DNA from: a bacterium
GTDB taxonomy: Bacteria > SAR324 > XYD2-FULL-50-16 > JBNMNM01
Direction of reading: 5' to 3'
Length of the DNA: 44,252 bases
Assembly: GCA_051275585.1 (NCBI GenBank)
Contig: JBNMNM010000001.1
Span: 1 to 44,252, forward strand
The position numbers and the translations under genes were made by a program. The notes beneath the pieces are model-generated. The model did not search any database, was not told the DNA's origin, and saw only the letters and a program-made list of their open reading frames with translations. Of the stretch, positions 37,626-44,252 are shown one piece after another. Numbering within the stretch: the first letter of the stretch is position 1; each line of letters begins with the position of its first letter.

Positions 37626-37702
37626 TTCCCATCTTTATCTATCTATGTTACTGTCCTGTATATTTTCCATACCTCACTAAAACCTCTTTGTTTTACAGTA
37701 AT

Positions 37703-39559
37703 ATGTCCTATGTAGTTCTTGCTAGGAAACTTCGACCCACACAATTCCACGATTTAGTAGGCCAAGAAATTATTTGGAAGACTCTAATTAATGCTATTGA
37801 AGCTGATCGTGTTGCTCACGCCTTTCTCTTTACTGGTGCACGAGGAGTGGGGAAAACAAGTTGTGCAAGAATTCTGACAAAGGCTTTGAATTGCCTTGCT
37901 CCCATTAATCACGAACCTTGTAATGAATGTATTAATTGCCAAGAAATTAGCGAGAATATTTCTCCTGATGTAATGGAGATTGATGCGGCATCTAATCGAG
38001 GAATTGAACATATTCGTGAACTCCGAAATCATGTAAAGTTTGCTCCTGCAAAATGTAAGTTCAAAACATACATTATTGATGAAGTACACATGTTAACGGT
38101 TGAGTCCTTTAATGCTTTATTAAAGACTCTTGAAGAACCTCCTGAGCATGTTAAGTTCATTCTTGCGACTACCGACCCTCATAAAATTCCACAGACTGTT
38201 ATTTCACGTTGCCAACGCTTTGATTTTGTTCGAATTCCAGTCAAAAAAATGGTAAAATATTTAACATCAGTTGCAGAAAGTGAAGGCATTCAGGTTAGTA
38301 GTATTGCATTAGGAATGATTGCAAAAAGTGCAACAGGAGGAATGCGAGATGCTTTAACTTCCTTGGATATGGTTGTTAGTTATTCTGGAACTACAATTCA
38401 AGATGAAGATGTTATTCAAATTTTAGGTTTGAATAATTCAATTGAGGTTGATCGTTTATTAGAAGGAATTATCCAAAAGAATTTAAAAGAAACAATTACG
38501 ATTCTTCATAGATTAGTAGATAAAGGACACTCTCTTTCAACCGTGATTATAGGCTTACTTAGTGCTGTCAAAGATCTAACCTTAGTAAAGTCAATTCCTG
38601 ATAGTTCTTATCACTGGCGAGATTTACTTCCCGAACAACTTCAACTTTATCAAAAATTAGCAGAACAAACTTCAATGAGTGCTCTACAGCAATATTTTCA
38701 TGTATTGCTTGAGATTGAAACTCAAATGAAAAAGAGTTCCCAAGCACTGATTTGTGTTGAAATGGGAATCGTGAAATTATGTAGTGTTGATTCTTTAGTT
38801 GGTGTTGCAGAAGTTATTGAGCAAATTCGTTCAGTAGCTAAAAAAAAAAAAGGTTCTCAAGGGATTTTAGAGAAACTTCGTGATACAAAGCCAATAATTC
38901 AGCCTATAAAAGTTCAAAAGACTCAAAAATTAGAAGATACAATAAATAGTCAAAAAACTGAATCTTTTGTAAAAACAGAAAAAGTACAGGTTTTTACAAC
39001 TCCAGCAAAAATAAAAGATACAAGCTTTGAAATTCCTGCATATATTGATGAACAACCTCCAGTTGATTATTCTTATCAAAACACACCAAAGTTAGAAAAA
39101 ATTGTTGAAGTAGCAAAAACAAAGAATCCTAACTTATTGGAAAAAAAAACGAATTTTAAAAGCGTTGAAAAAAGCCCAAGATCTTGGGAAGGATTTGTAC
39201 AACAATTGAATGTTGTTCTTCCAAAAAGTGCAATTGCAATTCTTCGAAATACACGAATGCAAATATTGAATGATACTACATTAGTATTATCTGATGGCTA
39301 TTTTGAAGGCTTAATAGAAGAACACAAACAGATTATTAATCAAAAAGTACAAGAGTTTTTTTTTCCTGTAACTCATGTTGAATATACAAGTTCAATTTTT
39401 TCTACTGACGAAACATTAACAATTAAAGAAAAAGAAGATTTGATTTATCGGAAAAAAATTCAGAAAATTAAAGATGAAGCAACAAAAGACCAAAATATTC
39501 TGATATTTCAGAAATTTTTTCCAAAAAGCCAAATTGTTAATGTTGTTCTTAAAGGATAA
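37703..39559 (+). CDS. dnaX: DNA polymerase III subunit tau (and probably gamma)
   Basis: The true start is ATG 37703 (MSYVVLARKLRPTQF..L.GQE). Walker A GARGVGKTS, Zn module CNECINC, Walker B IIDEVHMLT, then sensor motifs. The ORF-track GTG start at 37613 would run through the SRP RNA. Confidence 0.93.
   Translation: MSYVVLARKLRPTQFHDLVGQEIIWKTLINAIEADRVAHAFLFTGARGVGKTSCARILTKALNCLAPINHEPCNECINCQEISENISPDVMEIDAASNRGIEHIRELRNHVKFAPAKCKFKTYIIDEVHMLTVESFNALLKTLEEPPEHVKFILATTDPHKIPQTVISRCQRFDFVRIPVKKMVKYLTSVAESEGIQVSSIALGMIAKSATGGMRDALTSLDMVVSYSGTTIQDEDVIQILGLNNSIEVDRLLEGIIQKNLKETITILHRLVDKGHSLSTVIIGLLSAVKDLTLVKSIPDSSYHWRDLLPEQLQLYQKLAEQTSMSALQQYFHVLLEIETQMKKSSQALICVEMGIVKLCSVDSLVGVAEVIEQIRSVAKKKKGSQGILEKLRDTKPIIQPIKVQKTQKLEDTINSQKTESFVKTEKVQVFTTPAKIKDTSFEIPAYIDEQPPVDYSYQNTPKLEKIVEVAKTKNPNLLEKKTNFKSVEKSPRSWEGFVQQLNVVLPKSAIAILRNTRMQILNDTTLVLSDGYFEGLIEEHKQIINQKVQEFFFPVTHVEYTSSIFSTDETLTIKEKEDLIYRKKIQKIKDEATKDQNILIFQKFFPKSQIVNVVLKG
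38840..38851 (+). promoter_or_regulatory. A12 homopolymer in dnaX: candidate programmed slippage site producing the gamma subunit
   Basis: GCT AAA AAA AAA AAA GGT encodes AKKKKG at codons ~379-384 of 618. The -1 frame then reads 10 codons to TGA (38881-38883). The +1 frame reads 5 codons to TAG (38868-38870). Confidence 0.45.
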
Positions 39560-39888
39560 TGATGATGGACGGAATGAATATAAATGACATTCTTGCAAAA
39601 GCAAAAGAATTGCAACAAGGCCTTGCTGAAAAACAGAAAGAAGCAGGAAAACAAACTGTGAATGTTTCTGTTGGTGGTGGGATGGTAAACCTCGTGATGA
39701 ATGGTAAGATGGAACTTATTTCCATTAACATTGATCCAGAAATTGTAGACCCGAATGATGTTGAGACTTTAGAAGACTTAGTTCGTTCTGCAATTAACGA
39801 AGGTATTCGTCAGTCAAAAGATATTCTTTCTGATGAAATGTCGAAGTTAACTGGAGGAATCAAAATTCCAGGGTTTGACACCACATGA
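39559..39888 (+). CDS. ybaB: YbaB/EbfC-family nucleoid-associated protein
   Basis: 109 aa. Pattern ...AKELQQ.L...Q.E.......V.V..GGGMV.L.MNG......I.ID.E.VDP.D.E.LEDL...A.N. The ATG overlaps the dnaX TAA (TAATG). Confidence 0.88.
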   Translation: MMMDGMNINDILAKAKELQQGLAEKQKEAGKQTVNVSVGGGMVNLVMNGKMELISINIDPEIVDPNDVETLEDLVRSAINEGIRQSKDILSDEMSKLTGGIKIPGFDTT

Positions 39889-40481
39889 ATTTACCAGCTT
39901 CACTAGAAAATTTAGTATTAGAATTCTCTAAACTTCCAGGAATTGGATATAAAACAGCAAAACGGTTAGCATTCTCATTAATTTTTCGTCCTGAACAAGA
40001 TGCTCGGGATCTTGCTCAAGCAATTTTGTTAGCAAAAGAAAAATTAGGTGTTTGTTCCACTTGTTTTGGTCTTGCAGAAGATAATGTTTGTCCAATCTGT
40101 TCAAATGGAAGACGAAATAAACATCTCGTTTGTGTTGTTGAAGAAGCAAGAAATATTTTTACGATTGAGTCCGCAGGATTTTTCAATGGTGTTTACCATG
40201 TTTTGCAAGGTTCAATCTCTCCAATGAATGGAATTGGCCCTGATGATTTAACCATTCAAGTTCTTGAAAATCGAGTTATCGAGCAAGAAGTTAATGAGGT
40301 AATTATTGCGACTAATCCTACATTAGAAGGAGAGGCAACAGCACATTATTTGATGGATTGTTTAGAAGGAAAAATTCCTAAAATTTCTCGTTTAGCTCGT
40401 GGAATGCCCTCTGGAAGTGACTTAGAACTTACTGATACAAATACTTTAATGCGAGCCTTCGAGGGGCGTACAGAACTCTAA
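39885..40481 (+). CDS. recR: recombination protein RecR
   Basis: HhH motif (LPGIGYKTAKRLAF), C4 zinc finger (CSTC......CPIC) and a Toprim domain (VCVVEE ... EVIIATNPTLEGEATA.Y). ATGA overlap with ybaB. Confidence 0.95.
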   Translation: MNLPASLENLVLEFSKLPGIGYKTAKRLAFSLIFRPEQDARDLAQAILLAKEKLGVCSTCFGLAEDNVCPICSNGRRNKHLVCVVEEARNIFTIESAGFFNGVYHVLQGSISPMNGIGPDDLTIQVLENRVIEQEVNEVIIATNPTLEGEATAHYLMDCLEGKIPKISRLARGMPSGSDLELTDTNTLMRAFEGRTEL

Positions 40482-40487
40482 ATTATT

Positions 40488-41021
40488 ATGTGGTCACAAG
40501 ATTTGTACTGGCAGGCATGGAATTTTGCTGCTCATGCACATCATCAACAAAAATATCCAGGAACAGACCTTCCCTATATTGTTCATTTGGGTGGTGTTTG
40601 TATGGAGGTGATGACGGCTTTATCTTTTGAGGAAGTTGAAGTCCCAAGTTTAGCAGTTCAATGTGCATTATTGCATGACATATTAGAAGATACATCTGTG
40701 ACTTACCAAGAGCTGGAAAATAAGTTTGGAAAGACAGTTGCAGATGGTGTTCAAGCATTAACTAAAAATGAATCCTTAGAAAAATCCCAGCAAATGCAAG
40801 ATTCCTTGCAGAGAATTCGTCTACAACCAACAGAAGTTTGGATGGTTAAGCTATCAGACCGAATTTCAAATCTTCAAACTCCTCCACATTATTGGCCACA
40901 AGAAAAAATCAAAAATTATTGGATAGAAGCAAAAGAGATTCTTCCTGCACTTGGTGATGCAAGCTTATTTCTAAGTGATCGTCTTCAAAGTAAGCTCACA
41001 AACTACCAACAATATTTCTAA
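40488..41021 (+). CDS. HD-domain (p)ppGpp-hydrolase-like protein (small alarmone hydrolase type)
   Basis: 177 aa. SpoT/Mesh1-type hydrolase pattern A..AH..Q.Y......PY..HL..V ... ALLHDILEDT ... FG..VADGV.ALTK. No synthetase, TGS or ACT domains. Confidence 0.75.
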   Translation: MWSQDLYWQAWNFAAHAHHQQKYPGTDLPYIVHLGGVCMEVMTALSFEEVEVPSLAVQCALLHDILEDTSVTYQELENKFGKTVADGVQALTKNESLEKSQQMQDSLQRIRLQPTEVWMVKLSDRISNLQTPPHYWPQEKIKNYWIEAKEILPALGDASLFLSDRLQSKLTNYQQYF

Positions 41022-41036
41022 TCTGATGATTTTAAT

Positions 41037-41342
41037 TTAGACAAAACCATCTATATTTCCATTACTTTGTCTTTTAGGTCTTTTTAAAGGAATAGAATTT
41101 TGTTCTAAAGAGGTATTTTGTTTGGCAACACATTCTCGAAGAATTTTTAGATCTCTATTCATATCACTTTGCTTTAAATAGATTACTAAAAGAAAGATGA
41201 ATACTACTGCTAAAATAGCAAGTATAATAATAAGAAAAGCTACAATTCGATCTTCTACTTGATCATTAGTTATAACCATTACTTTTGCAAAAGCAGAGAA
41301 GGAAATACTAATTAAAGTAAGGAGTAAAAATAATTTTTTCAT
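41037..41342 (-). CDS. small hypothetical membrane protein (signal peptide plus one TM helix)
   Basis: 101 aa. MKKLFLLLTLISISFSAFA signal-like N-terminus, a strong TM helix (IVAFLIIILAILAVVFIFLLVIYL) and a basic tail. No family recognised. Confidence 0.5.
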   Translation of the reverse strand: MKKLFLLLTLISISFSAFAKVMVITNDQVEDRIVAFLIIILAILAVVFIFLLVIYLKQSDMNRDLKILRECVAKQNTSLEQNSIPLKRPKRQSNGNIDGFV

Positions 41343-41405
41343 TTGAAATTTGGAAAAAATAAGAAATACTCCACTATTATTTTATACTTTGTCAATTTTT
41401 GTGAT

Positions 41406-42680
41406 TTACAAAAGTTCTCTAAGTTTAATGATGCGTATTTCTCCTTTTTGTTCGATTTTAGGTAGCTGACGAGATAAAACACGATAAGTTGAACGGTATG
41501 GATGTCCAATTGCAATGGCTTTTCCATATCGCTTTGCAAGTTGAACTGCTCTATAAAGTTGTTTTTTAATTAGCCAGTCTTTTTGTTCATTATCTAAAAA
41601 AACATCCCGAGATAAAAACCGAACCTGATGTTGTCTCGCCTCTCGTTGAGTTATCTTTCCAGGTGCAGTCTTACTATCAATGAAAGGAAGTCCTCTTGCT
41701 TGCAATATTTGCATTACAATCGCCATTCCTAATGCATGTTGAGTGAATGCTGAACCCATGTGATTATTCACTGCAATTGCATAAGGAACTTGTGATAAAT
41801 TATTGATCACCTTTCTACGAATTTCTTCTGATGAATTCTTAACAAATAAAGCTCCTACTCCTGGGTCTTGCTTTGGAAAACCTTTTGGTTCCATTGGAAG
41901 ATGTAGAATAATATCTAAGTCTCTTTGACGTGTTAGTTCTGCCGTTTGTCTTGTATAAGTTAGGTTAGGAAGAATTGCGTAATTAATTGGTTGTTGAATT
42001 GAAAGCAATTTCTTCAAAAGATGAATTTGATGCCCTAAATCATCAATAATAATAACTAACTTTCCTTTCTTAGAATTCCGATTTTGTTGATTCTGTTGCT
42101 TTCTCTTTTGGTTTTGTTGATTCTGTTGCTTTCTCTTTTGGTTTTGTTGATTCTGTTGCTTTCTCTTTTGGTTTTGTTGAGTAAGTCTTTGATTAGTCTG
42201 TAAATTTGCTTTTTTAACAATCTGTTTAGAAGCAATTTTACTAGATACCCATAAATAATTATCTTTTAAGAAGTCAATTTCAAATCGATAAGGAAATAGT
42301 AAACTATTATCTAACGATGACGCTCTAATTTTATATAAAAGTTGGTGTTGTTGTGCAAATTGTTTTGTCAGTTCAAATAATCGAGTTTGATCAACAAATC
42401 GAAATTGTTGTTGAAAAGCTAAGTAAGCTTGATTTTTTGGTGTTGCTTGAGGAAGTTCTCTAGAAAATAGCAAACCACCATGATTTTCTCGAAGATAATT
42501 TGTGTATTTTTGGAAGAAAATACGTTTTTTTTCTAAATCATGTTTAGATAGTCTACTATTTGATGATAGTACACTTAGTGGGAACTGTGGCACTTGGCTC
42601 ATGTAGACATAAAGCCCAATAAAAAGCAGAGCAAAAGAAATGAGAACAGTGACAATAATTTGAGTGCTATATTTTTTCAT
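41406..42680 (-). CDS. divergent polysaccharide deacetylase family protein (YibQ-like) with N-terminal anchor and a Q/K/N repeat linker
   Basis: N-terminal TM helix. C-terminal YibQ-like domain (LVIIIDDLGH ... LPMEP ... NNHMGS.FT ... FIDS.T ... AIGHP). A repeat linker QKRKQQNQQN x3 lies between them. Confidence 0.75.
   Translation of the reverse strand: MKKYSTQIIVTVLISFALLFIGLYVYMSQVPQFPLSVLSSNSRLSKHDLEKKRIFFQKYTNYLRENHGGLLFSRELPQATPKNQAYLAFQQQFRFVDQTRLFELTKQFAQQHQLLYKIRASSLDNSLLFPYRFEIDFLKDNYLWVSSKIASKQIVKKANLQTNQRLTQQNQKRKQQNQQNQKRKQQNQQNQKRKQQNQQNRNSKKGKLVIIIDDLGHQIHLLKKLLSIQQPINYAILPNLTYTRQTAELTRQRDLDIILHLPMEPKGFPKQDPGVGALFVKNSSEEIRRKVINNLSQVPYAIAVNNHMGSAFTQHALGMAIVMQILQARGLPFIDSKTAPGKITQREARQHQVRFLSRDVFLDNEQKDWLIKKQLYRAVQLAKRYGKAIAIGHPYRSTYRVLSRQLPKIEQKGEIRIIKLRELL
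42082..42180 (-). repeat. perfect 30-bp tandem repeat, 3 full copies plus a partial copy, in frame
   Basis: TTCTGTTGCTTTCTCTTTTGGTTTTGTTGA occurs identically at 42091-42120, 42121-42150 and 42151-42180. It is preceded by a 9-10-nt partial copy. It encodes (QKRKQQNQQN)x3. Confidence 0.95.
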
Positions 42681-42773
42681 ATAACAAAGTAGAAGAATTG
42701 AAAGGAAAGTTTTTTGAAACTCTCCTTAGTGACCAGTCCAAAATCACTAAGAAGTGAATAAGGAATGATGATA

Positions 42774-43727
42774 CTAAAATACTTGAATTTCTTTCGAGTC
42801 GAAATAATGTCGAGATTGAATTTTCCGAAGAGTTCGGCTCTCTCCACGAGTTACAATAGAGTTTGATTCACCACCATCAGGAAAGAACTTAACTCCATCA
42901 AGAAGAACACCATCCGTAATTCCTGTTGCAGCAAAAGCAATTTCATCGGTTAGAATCAGGTCTTCGACTCGGTAAACTTTTTCAAAGTCCGTAATCCCAC
43001 TTTCTTTGGCAAGCATTTTATCTTGTTCTTGATTGTAACAAATCTTTCCTAAAAAATATCCACCAGTACATTTGATTGCTGATGCAGTCAAAGTAGCTTC
43101 TTGTGCTGAGCTATATCCAATTAAAATATCAAACTTTTCATTGATAACTGTTGCTAAAGATCCAGAGATATCACCTTCTTGAATCATTTTAATTCTAGCC
43201 CCAGATTCTTGAACTTCTCTAATTAAATTTTCTTTATTAAATCCATCTAAAATACAAACTGTAATATTTTCAATATATTTTTTTAAAGCACGAGCAACCC
43301 GTTTTATATTAATAGTTACTGATTCATGAATATCAATAACATTTTGTGCTTTTTGTCCAATTATCATGCAATAAATAGGTAGCTTAGGAAGCTCTAGAAA
43401 ACCACCAGCCTTTGCAATTGAAACATAGGATGTTACATCGTTACCACCATAAGCACACACATTATGCCCCTCTACTGCTGAAAGAACTACATCCATTTCC
43501 TCACCACCTGCTCCAATCGTTTCAGGAAGTGGTTCAACATTGGGGTCATTAGCAAAAGAATCGTTTTTAAATTTTCCACTAATATTAATTTCACTTAATG
43601 CTTTACATGCGGCTTTCCTAGCAATGTTTAAGATTCGTTTTGAATCTCCCATACCTTGAAAATGAGCAGCACTAATTGCAGCTCTTTCAGTAACATGAAC
43701 AATGTCCATTCCTAGTGTTCTAATCAT
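42774..43727 (-). CDS. glpX: GlpX-like class II fructose-1,6-bisphosphatase homologue (divergent)
   Basis: 317 aa, collinear with GlpX (VTERAAI.A....G.GD; AATGITDG.LL.GV; TRG.SRT.R.IQS.HYF). By eye, the regions aligning to the E. coli GEGEIDEAP and VDPIEGT motifs are poorly conserved. Confidence 0.75.
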   Translation of the reverse strand: MIRTLGMDIVHVTERAAISAAHFQGMGDSKRILNIARKAACKALSEINISGKFKNDSFANDPNVEPLPETIGAGGEEMDVVLSAVEGHNVCAYGGNDVTSYVSIAKAGGFLELPKLPIYCMIIGQKAQNVIDIHESVTINIKRVARALKKYIENITVCILDGFNKENLIREVQESGARIKMIQEGDISGSLATVINEKFDILIGYSSAQEATLTASAIKCTGGYFLGKICYNQEQDKMLAKESGITDFEKVYRVEDLILTDEIAFAATGITDGVLLDGVKFFPDGGESNSIVTRGESRTLRKIQSRHYFDSKEIQVF

Positions 43728-43757
43728 TCGATCTCCTGTACATAATCAATATTAAAA

Positions 43758-44252
43758 TTAGAGTGATTTTAGTTCATCCATCAGTTTTTTTCTTTGTTCC
43801 ATTAATTTCCGACCACGATAAGTCTCTTTGATTTTTACTGGATGACTTGCATCTGCAATAATTTCAATTCCTAATGTTGCAGCTCGATGTTCCTTAACAG
43901 CAATACTCATTTCCTCTGGAGTTGGAAGAATTACTCCATAAAGTTGCTTTGGTGTCTGCACAAGTGCATGTCCACGATTAAAATACGCTTCAGCAAAACC
44001 ACCATCAATATTAATGGCAACACCATCTTTACTAGCAATCCGTTCGCCTTTTTTGTAATTGATTGGAATATGTCCATAAACCACACGAGTAGATCCAAAC
44101 TCAGAAAGAATTTTTTGTTTGAATGCTTCCGTTTGAATATTTTTAGTCCAATATGGAGCACGTTCTCGGTGGGTAGTTTTGTCTGCAAGAAAGTAACGCT
44201 CAAAAGTTTTCATTGCACTTTTTCCAAAGAATGGAGATTTAGCGCCAGACCA
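43758..44252 (-). CDS. fbp: class 3 (Bacillus-type) fructose-1,6-bisphosphatase, C-terminal ~165 aa; gene continues beyond the window end
   Basis: The frame stays open to the window edge (WSGAKSPFFGKSAMKTFERYF...). The segment VYGHIP.......I......AINIDGGF.EAY plus the C-terminal VKIKET...L....K tail resemble the C-terminus of Fbp/YydE-type enzymes as I recall them. The ATG at 44213 is probably internal. Confidence 0.65.
   Translation of the reverse strand, partial: WSGAKSPFFGKSAMKTFERYFLADKTTHRERAPYWTKNIQTEAFKQKILSEFGSTRVVYGHIPINYKKGERIASKDGVAINIDGGFAEAYFNRGHALVQTPKQLYGVILPTPEEMSIAVKEHRAATLGIEIIADASHPVKIKETYRGRKLMEQRKKLMDELKSL

Noticed and set aside
37613-37702. GTG-initiated 30-aa N-terminal extension of dnaX in the ORF track.
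   Set aside because: It overlaps the 3' half of the SRP RNA and has a Cys/Tyr/Phe-rich, non-DnaX-like sequence. The conserved DnaX N-terminus (MSYVVLARKLRP) begins at ATG 37703.
42082-42180. Possible CRISPR array or mobile-element repeat.
   Set aside because: The 30-bp units are directly abutting with no spacers, are in frame inside a CDS, and no cas genes are nearby. It is a coding tandem repeat.
42588-42602. TGGCAC motif resembling a sigma-54 -24 element (an NtrX-like activator is present in the window).
   Set aside because: The position 12 nt downstream is AT rather than GC, the motif lies inside the YibQ-like CDS, and it is on the strand opposite to transcription.
42722-42760. Hairpin CTTAGTGA-N11-TCACTAAG between glpX and the YibQ-like gene.
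   Set aside because: It has an 8-bp AT-rich stem with an 11-nt loop and no following U-tract on the transcribed (minus) strand. It could be a processing or attenuation site but is not supportable as a terminator.
1656-44203. All short ORFs in the track that are nested in, or antisense to, the large genes: 1656, 2168, 4097, 6441, 8532, 8768, 14316, 18269, 21629, 22954, 23264, 23439, 25517, 27159, 27596, 30084, 32019, 34465, 34993, 35708, 35936, 37784, 39416, 39549, 39928, 40486, 41339, 43931.
   Set aside because: Each is fully or largely contained within a longer ORF that has clear family motifs. Their products are low-complexity or hydrophobic frame-shadow sequences, and none has its own intergenic space or recognisable motif.

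Overview
Dense (about 90% coding), low-GC (about one-third G+C by eye) bacterial chromosomal segment using the standard code (TGA is a stop, e.g. the ybaB/recR ATGA overlap). I can support 35 protein genes, 5 tRNAs and one small SRP RNA. Most are core genes: gshB, long-form ispG, a class I/II aminotransferase, dut, an RNB exoribonuclease, glgC, mraY, serS, dnaX-ybaB-recR, a SpoT-like HD hydrolase, a glpX-like gene and the 3' part of a class 3 fbp. Signalling genes are frequent: a TPR-GAF-PAS histidine kinase, a PAS-GAF kinase with a CheY-like regulator, and an NtrY/NtrX-like pair with a sigma-54 activator. Envelope and exopolysaccharide genes include a WcaJ-like priming transferase, GT4, GT2, a SPOR protein, a YibQ-like deacetylase and an AI-2E permease. 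I see no rRNA, CRISPR array, transposase, integrase, phage gene or recognisable defence gene, so nothing marks this as a mobile island. The content suggests a diderm bacterium, perhaps a low-GC Bdellovibrionota/Oligoflexia-like or other delta-like lineage, but that is only a guess. Candidates for undescribed biology: (1) a motif-less 1322-aa coiled-coil protein packed between an AI-2E permease and a GT2; (2) a DUF2062 / 1062-aa FG-GAP propeller / CARDB exoprotein operon; (3) an A12 run in dnaX at the tau/gamma boundary with stops close by in both alternative frames; (4) an SRP RNA hidden under the ORF-track N-terminal extension of dnaX; (5) a fused tandem chorismate mutase with a degenerate second copy; (6) a divergent glpX-like gene next to a class 3 FBPase. 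All family calls rest on motifs read by eye, with no database search.
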